Positions 50,458-55,086 of a stretch of 55,086 bases of DNA are shown piece after piece (the first letter of the stretch is position 1; every line of letters begins with the position of its first letter). The notes under the pieces were generated by a model that did not search any database, had not been told where the DNA came from, and worked only from the letters and a program-made list of their open reading frames with translations. The translations under genes were made by a program, and so were the position numbers. Origin of the DNA: a virus (taxonomy: Duplodnaviria > Caudoviricetes); IMG/VR virus record IMGVR_UViG_3300031785_000003, positions 1 through 55,086 of that record; one strand, 5' to 3'.

Positions 50458-52496
50458 CCAGCACCTCCAGTGTCACGGTTGCTCACTATGTTTCCATCTC
50501 TTCCTCCTTGAGGAGAACCATCAGGTTGAGTAGGTGTAGGCTGTGCTTGCTGTGTTTTTTCTTGCATAGCTTGCATTTGTGCTTTCACTTTGTCCTCAAA
50601 CTTTTCTTTCTCTCTAGACGGAATAATGTCATCCACAGGCATTTGCAAACTCTTAGCCACTTCACGAAGAATCGCTGCACGGCCATCCTTGCCAACGATT
50701 GCCATATCGGTTTCGTTGGCGGTTGCATTAAGAAATTCTAAACGGCGAACATTTACAGTTTCTTTAACTGCAAGATTAACTGCACCTTTTGGTACTATAT
50801 TAACATCGCCTTTAATTGATTCATCTTCATCATAACGCATATTGTACACAAACTGTCTGTGTACTACTGGTTTTATAATCTCATTATCTATGTGCATAAC
50901 CACTTGTCGTATACCTTTACCAGCTGCACCCATTAACATAGACAAACCAGAAGATGTTCTACCGGCGCCTTTGACATCCAGGTCACCATACACATAGGCT
51001 GGTATACCTGAATGGTCATCGGCTAGCTTGGAGAATTTATCATAAACACCTAACAATGTATTTGCATTGTCATCTGGTTGTGTAAATCTAACAGCAGGTG
51101 AACTAGAGCCCAGTGGGTCATTTGTTACTTGCCAGATTTTCCACGGGTGGAGCTGCGTGATGTCTTCGTTCGGCGGGATTCTTTCGAGGTTGACTTCGAC
51201 TTGGGGGCCTGACGAAATGCCCATATTGTTGACCAAAGCTCTCGCAGCCGCGTTACACACATTTTGTAAATCTTCAATAATTTCTGGTATGCCTTTACCC
51301 CAAAACGCACCGGGGCATTTAATAAACGAACTTTTCGCATAAGGTTTTTCTCCTAAAGGGTCATAGTTTAATACTGCTTTAATAATGTAGTTGCCTACAG
51401 CCCAAACATTAGCATCATATTCTTTTGATTCATCAGGTACTTCTTCTTCAGTAAGTCCCCACTCTTTCAACATCTTACCACTTACTTTACCCCAAAATTC
51501 TAAAGCATCATAAGTTGTAGTAGGTTTGTTGTGTGTATGAAACTTTCTTTCTTCTTGTTCTTTAGTAAGTTCTACGTCTTCACTAAACCAAGATGTACCA
51601 TTGCCAACATCAAGTACTTCTCTAATAGCATCATCATCGTAACCCGGAACACCAACTAGGTCTGCTAGTTCCGAACGACTCAAAGGATGATGCTGAAATA
51701 AATAACCTTCATTAAGATTAGTTATACCTGGTTCAGGATATATTCTAAATGGATCGACCCTTTCAAACTCTGGAGCAATAATCTCATCTGCTTCTACAGT
51801 AGTTCTACCATCTTCATATTTCCAACCAAGTTTTCTTTGTCTACGAACCACGGGGCCTTTTATAAAACCACAAGGGTAAGTAACCAAATCTGTTATAAAA
51901 TCATTAAATGATTCGCCCCAGCCACCTTGTGTAAACTGGTCTCGAATCTTAATATCCATTTTCTTTGCACGATTATCTGCAGCTTGTAATAATTTAAAAC
52001 GATAATCTTGTGTCACCATTTCTTTTAACTCAATCATTTCTTCTTGGGTTGGTGCTTGTCCGTTCATCTCAACAATTTTTACAACTTGTTCAGCAAACGA
52101 ATTTTCTATCTCTGCAGTTTGTTGTGGTGATAAATCTGGAATAGGTGTAGGTTCTAAACCCCATGGAGGCGAACCTTGATCAAGTAAAATATCTCGTAGC
52201 CAACTTTCAGCTGCACGACATTTTACTTCTGTAATCATCATATAAACATCAGACCCACCTTGTTGATTAATCTGTGCTAATTTATCTGCTTCATATTCTC
52301 CGTTTCTTTGACGAAGTCCTTTCAGCATAATGTTTTCAATAGGCTTTTTTGCTGTTCTTGCAGCATCCCAACAAGTTCGTAAGTGAGAAGCTAAGCCAAG
52401 AATAAGAGGGTCGTTTTGTCTTTCAGCAATCTCTTGTTTTATAGCAGCTTCTTCTTGCTTTACTAAATCTTCATTACCTATGACTTTTAGTACCAT
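50454..52496 (-). CDS. Portal protein
   Basis: 680 aa between TerL and scaffold; G.IKGP, FWGKG, TSSGLSMLM, Q-rich tail. Confidence 0.9.
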   Translation of the reverse strand: MVLKVIGNEDLVKQEEAAIKQEIAERQNDPLILGLASHLRTCWDAARTAKKPIENIMLKGLRQRNGEYEADKLAQINQQGGSDVYMMITEVKCRAAESWLRDILLDQGSPPWGLEPTPIPDLSPQQTAEIENSFAEQVVKIVEMNGQAPTQEEMIELKEMVTQDYRFKLLQAADNRAKKMDIKIRDQFTQGGWGESFNDFITDLVTYPCGFIKGPVVRRQRKLGWKYEDGRTTVEADEIIAPEFERVDPFRIYPEPGITNLNEGYLFQHHPLSRSELADLVGVPGYDDDAIREVLDVGNGTSWFSEDVELTKEQEERKFHTHNKPTTTYDALEFWGKVSGKMLKEWGLTEEEVPDESKEYDANVWAVGNYIIKAVLNYDPLGEKPYAKSSFIKCPGAFWGKGIPEIIEDLQNVCNAAARALVNNMGISSGPQVEVNLERIPPNEDITQLHPWKIWQVTNDPLGSSSPAVRFTQPDDNANTLLGVYDKFSKLADDHSGIPAYVYGDLDVKGAGRTSSGLSMLMGAAGKGIRQVVMHIDNEIIKPVVHRQFVYNMRYDEDESIKGDVNIVPKGAVNLAVKETVNVRRLEFLNATANETDMAIVGKDGRAAILREVAKSLQMPVDDIIPSREKEKFEDKVKAQMQAMQEKTQQAQPTPTQPDGSPQGGRDGNIVSNRDTGGAG
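51125..51340 (-). CDS. Candidate overprinted basic protein (71 aa), +1 frame inside portal
   Basis: AGGAG 9 nt before ATG; portal codons switch to C/G endings within the overlap. Confidence 0.5.
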   Translation of the reverse strand: MRKVRLLNAPVRFGVKAYQKLLKIYKMCVTRLRELWSTIWAFRQAPKSKSTSKESRRTKTSRSSTRGKSGK

Positions 52497-52497
52497 A

Positions 52498-52722
52498 TTA
52501 AGTTTCCAAATCCCTCATATTTATTTTTGTATCTTCATCATTCTTATCAGTATAAACTTTACCACCTTTGCCATACTTGACAACTGCGCCCATATCTTTT
52601 ACTTCAATCTCTCCACCTTCTTCCATCATTTCTATAGTCATTTCATTAGACATTCCGCTTGTATCCATCTTTGGATTATCTGAATATATAATAGATTTTT
52701 TGTGTCCGCATTTAGCTTTCAT
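52498..52722 (-). CDS. Small protein with xxGG motifs
   Basis: AGGAGG SD; MEEGGEI, YGKGGKV. Confidence 0.8.
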   Translation of the reverse strand: MKAKCGHKKSIIYSDNPKMDTSGMSNEMTIEMMEEGGEIEVKDMGAVVKYGKGGKVYTDKNDEDTKINMRDLET

Positions 52723-52749
52723 TAGTACCCTCCTAAAAGTTTACGATTA

Positions 52750-52778
52750 AATATACATGTAAACAAGTATATGTGCAA
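52750..52778 (-). promoter_or_regulatory. Sigma70-type late promoter for the portal/capsid operon
   Basis: TTGCAC (52778-52773), 17 nt, TATATT (52755-52750). Confidence 0.6.
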
Positions 52779-52796
52779 GTTTTTAAATTGCAAGAG

Positions 52797-52833
52797 AAAC
52801 CCATCTGCTGAATGGAGAAGCGCAGATGGGTTT
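52797..52833 (-). terminator. Hairpin downstream of terL
   Basis: AAACCCATCTGC / GCAGATGGGTTT 12-bp stem. Confidence 0.65.
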
Positions 52834-52873
52834 AGAGGTAACATAGTTTGAAGGTAACTATAAAACAATTGTA

Positions 52874-54253
52874 TCAAGTCCAGCCTCCTGCTGCAACCTT
52901 TTTTATTTCACGCCTCTGTACAACAAATCCTCCTTCACCTGTAATGCCGACATGCAACATAAAATATTGTAGTGCTTCTGCTACATGAGAATGTTTGTTT
53001 TTATCTATAGTACCATTTTTGTAATGGAATCTATATCCTCCCATCATCGCTGCCTTAAGCTGTGTACATCTAGGGTCAACTAAAAAAGCTGAGTCCCCAT
53101 CGACTTGTCTCATAAGAAAGTCGTCTACCGCAGACAGTCTCGCAGATACATTATTGGTTTTAGCTGGGAGAACTCTAAAACCTTCAGCTTTGATTATATC
53201 TACGGCAGACCTCTCGTCAGTCTGTGCTCTTTGCACTCCTGCTGGATCAGTAACAATTAAAACGGGTGCGCCCGCGAACCTATCAGTCAACAACGGGCGC
53301 AGAATAGTGCGGATAAATCTTTGTATTCCCATATCAAAACTAACAGCTTCATCAAGAATCAAGACTCGCCCACGAGGGTCTTGCTGTCCTATAACAGCAG
53401 CTGGTGTCAAACCTAAGTCTATTCCAACTACAACTGGTCGTACTCCATTTATAATAGGTTTTATTTTTTCATTAGCCATATGATAGTCTGGTCTAAAGTA
53501 TTTATATACAGGCTGACCTGCAGAACTCATTCCATATTCGCCGTCTATATACACACGAATATATTCGTCTGACCTACCTTGCGTATCATAATAACCTTCA
53601 GGTAGATTGTTTATATTTTCTGCTAAGGAGCTTCTACCCGAAGGTTGTTTGAATACATCCCACCCGTTATCATTGATACTCACTCCATCTGAAATATCTA
53701 AACCTTCCATCTGGTAGTACCACCATGTATCCATTGTGGGAGGGTTAGTGTCCCCCCACATCCCAAACCATGAAGGGCCGCCATCCTTAGATGATGGGAA
53801 TCGCCCTATACGTTTTGACATAGCATCAACAATATCAGGGTTAATATCCCTGCACTCGTTGAACCATGCAAACGTTAATTCTAATGAGTTCAAGTTTGCT
53901 ACATCGTCAGAGTCATCAAGAGCACGAAACATAATCTCACACTCTACATCTCCAACCTTGAAGAAATATGTTTTAGTAGTACGCATATAGTCTCCACATA
54001 TTCCAGGTGGAAACCAATCGTGAAAAGTTTTTATTGTTGTATCCTGTAACTGCCTGGCAGTTTCACGAACAATAGCTACTCGCGATTTACGAATACCTTG
54101 TTTGTTAGGCTTCTGCATTGTAGCTCGTCTGATAACTTCAAAACAACTTGCCACAGATTTACCAGAACCAACTGGCCCCATAAGCACACGCATCTTTGCA
54201 TTCGACATCATAAAGTCTTTACATGTTTTAGATGGTGTGTAGTCTATATCCAT
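52874..54253 (-). CDS. terL: Terminase large subunit
   Basis: Walker A GPVGSGKS, Walker B AWFNE, DTNPP, nuclease GIDLG, TDPAG, SHVAEALQY. Confidence 0.93.
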   Translation of the reverse strand: MDIDYTPSKTCKDFMMSNAKMRVLMGPVGSGKSVASCFEVIRRATMQKPNKQGIRKSRVAIVRETARQLQDTTIKTFHDWFPPGICGDYMRTTKTYFFKVGDVECEIMFRALDDSDDVANLNSLELTFAWFNECRDINPDIVDAMSKRIGRFPSSKDGGPSWFGMWGDTNPPTMDTWWYYQMEGLDISDGVSINDNGWDVFKQPSGRSSLAENINNLPEGYYDTQGRSDEYIRVYIDGEYGMSSAGQPVYKYFRPDYHMANEKIKPIINGVRPVVVGIDLGLTPAAVIGQQDPRGRVLILDEAVSFDMGIQRFIRTILRPLLTDRFAGAPVLIVTDPAGVQRAQTDERSAVDIIKAEGFRVLPAKTNNVSARLSAVDDFLMRQVDGDSAFLVDPRCTQLKAAMMGGYRFHYKNGTIDKNKHSHVAEALQYFMLHVGITGEGGFVVQRREIKKVAAGGWT

Positions 54254-54322
54254 TTATATAATACCTGCATTATGCAAACCTATAATAGTCTGTATAATTG
54301 TATATGCTATAATAAGCTCCAT
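54254..54322 (-). CDS. 22-aa hydrophobic peptide (not in ORF track)
   Basis: MELIIAYTIIQTIIGLHNAGII; TAATG overlap upstream, TAA-ATG abutting terL. Confidence 0.55.
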   Translation of the reverse strand: MELIIAYTIIQTIIGLHNAGII

Positions 54323-54465
54323 TATTTTATTGCCTTCTTTCTTAACTTCTTTACTGTATATTTTAAATCTCTATCTCGTATTCTGCAAAAGAAAAAATCA
54401 TGCAGCTCATCTAAACTAGGTTTACGATTAGCTACTAGTTTTATTATTATCTCATATTCTTTCAT
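54322..54465 (-). CDS. Small basic hypothetical protein (47 aa)
   Basis: Start MKEYE behind GGGGTAGG, right after the upstream stop. Confidence 0.65.
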   Translation of the reverse strand: MKEYEIIIKLVANRKPSLDELHDFFFCRIRDRDLKYTVKKLRKKAIK

Positions 54466-54466
54466 C

Positions 54467-54781
54467 CTACCCCCAGAATCCTTGATAGCTTGATTCATCA
54501 GTCCACCCCATATCGCCACAATGTTTACACCAAGAAATATCCACAAGTTTTGCACCGCATCTGTCACAGATTCCGTGGTCTACAGTCAAGTTATCCACAA
54601 GTATTATGTAGAACATTGTGAATGGTTTTCTTAAAACTTTTGTTTTGTACGGTACTTCTAACCTGGCAAGCTCTGTTGTTATTATATCATGCTCTGCCAT
54701 GTTCGTAGTCTTACATGCCTTTGTACCTTCGTAAAGTGTATTGAACTTATCAAGAAGTGCCAATGGCAGTTTTTTCTTCAT
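54467..54781 (-). CDS. Hypothetical protein with C-terminal zinc ribbon
   Basis: CDRC...WCKHC; start uncertain (MKKKL chosen). Confidence 0.65.
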   Translation of the reverse strand: MKKKLPLALLDKFNTLYEGTKACKTTNMAEHDIITTELARLEVPYKTKVLRKPFTMFYIILVDNLTVDHGICDRCGAKLVDISWCKHCGDMGWTDESSYQGFWG

Positions 54782-55086
54782 CGGGTTCTGCGTCAACGAT
54801 AGTTGCTCGGTGTTCTTGGTCTCCGAGATTAATTGTAATTTTAACTCCACCTGATCCTCCTTCCGTTAAGACATCATTCTTTGGTTCGAGTCCGCCCCAC
54901 TTGACAGTTGATTTAATAAGGTCTGCTTTTACTGCAGCTGATACATCAGGACTGTGTATCAAAGTCCAAGAAGTTGTCAGGAGTTCTTCTGCCTGTGCCC
55001 GGGCCTTAACTTTGAATGTCATTCCCTTATCACGGATTTCATTCCTGTAAGACTCAACCTTCTTTAAAAATACCTGATCCTTATTA
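54750..55086 (-). CDS. terS: Putative terminase small subunit, 3' part
   Basis: Open to the window end and in frame with 1..309; C-terminal GVKITINLG strand. Confidence 0.7.
   Translation of the reverse strand, partial: NKDQVFLKKVESYRNEIRDKGMTFKVKARAQAEELLTTSWTLIHSPDVSAAVKADLIKSTVKWGGLEPKNDVLTEGGSGGVKITINLGDQEHRATIVDAEPDEEKTAIGTS
54918..55086. repeat. Terminal direct repeat, copy 2
   Basis: Matches 1-169. Confidence 0.95.

Noticed and set aside
50585-50728. Third +1-frame nested ORF (47 aa, MQPPTKPIWQ...) in a GC-richer part of portal
   Set aside because: No SD and short enough to arise by chance
19524-55050. Numerous + strand ORFs antisense to late genes
   Set aside because: Shadow ORFs of real minus-strand genes, lacking SDs and plausible composition
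1-55086. Prophage, alternative genetic code or auxiliary metabolic genes
   Set aside because: No integrase, att-flanked host genes or recognisable metabolic genes; standard code 11 gives dense full-length ORFs

Overview
The window is an apparently complete, AT-rich dsDNA tailed-phage genome with podovirus-type architecture. Bases 1-169 recur at 54918-55086, so it circularises to about 54,917 bp, and the putative small terminase gene runs across the join. The + arm (0.6-18.7 kb) carries two promoter-driven paralogous early genes, an AAA+ ATPase / accessory / metallopeptidase-VWA triad, an HslV-like Ntn hydrolase and a replication block (PolA, PD-(D/E)XK nuclease, VRR-NUC, SNF2 helicase, two SSB-like proteins, HTH, primase-DUF927 helicase). 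The - arm (55 kb down to 18.8 kb) carries terminase, portal, scaffold, capsid, small basic proteins, adaptors, two tail-fibre systems, holin and GH108 endolysin, nozzle and ejection proteins including a 2848-aa protein. I found no integrase, RNA polymerase or CRISPR array. The most unusual signals are: (1) two same-strand +1-frame overprinted genes, each with a Shine-Dalgarno, inside the giant ejection gene and the portal gene; (2) a ~168-nt tRNA-shaped RNA with expanded arms behind its own sigma70-type promoter; (3) a recurrent [MYF]xxGGx[VI] motif shared by unrelated late proteins; (4) a duplicated early cassette flanking an iteron-like non-coding region. All product calls come from motif recognition by eye, not database searches.
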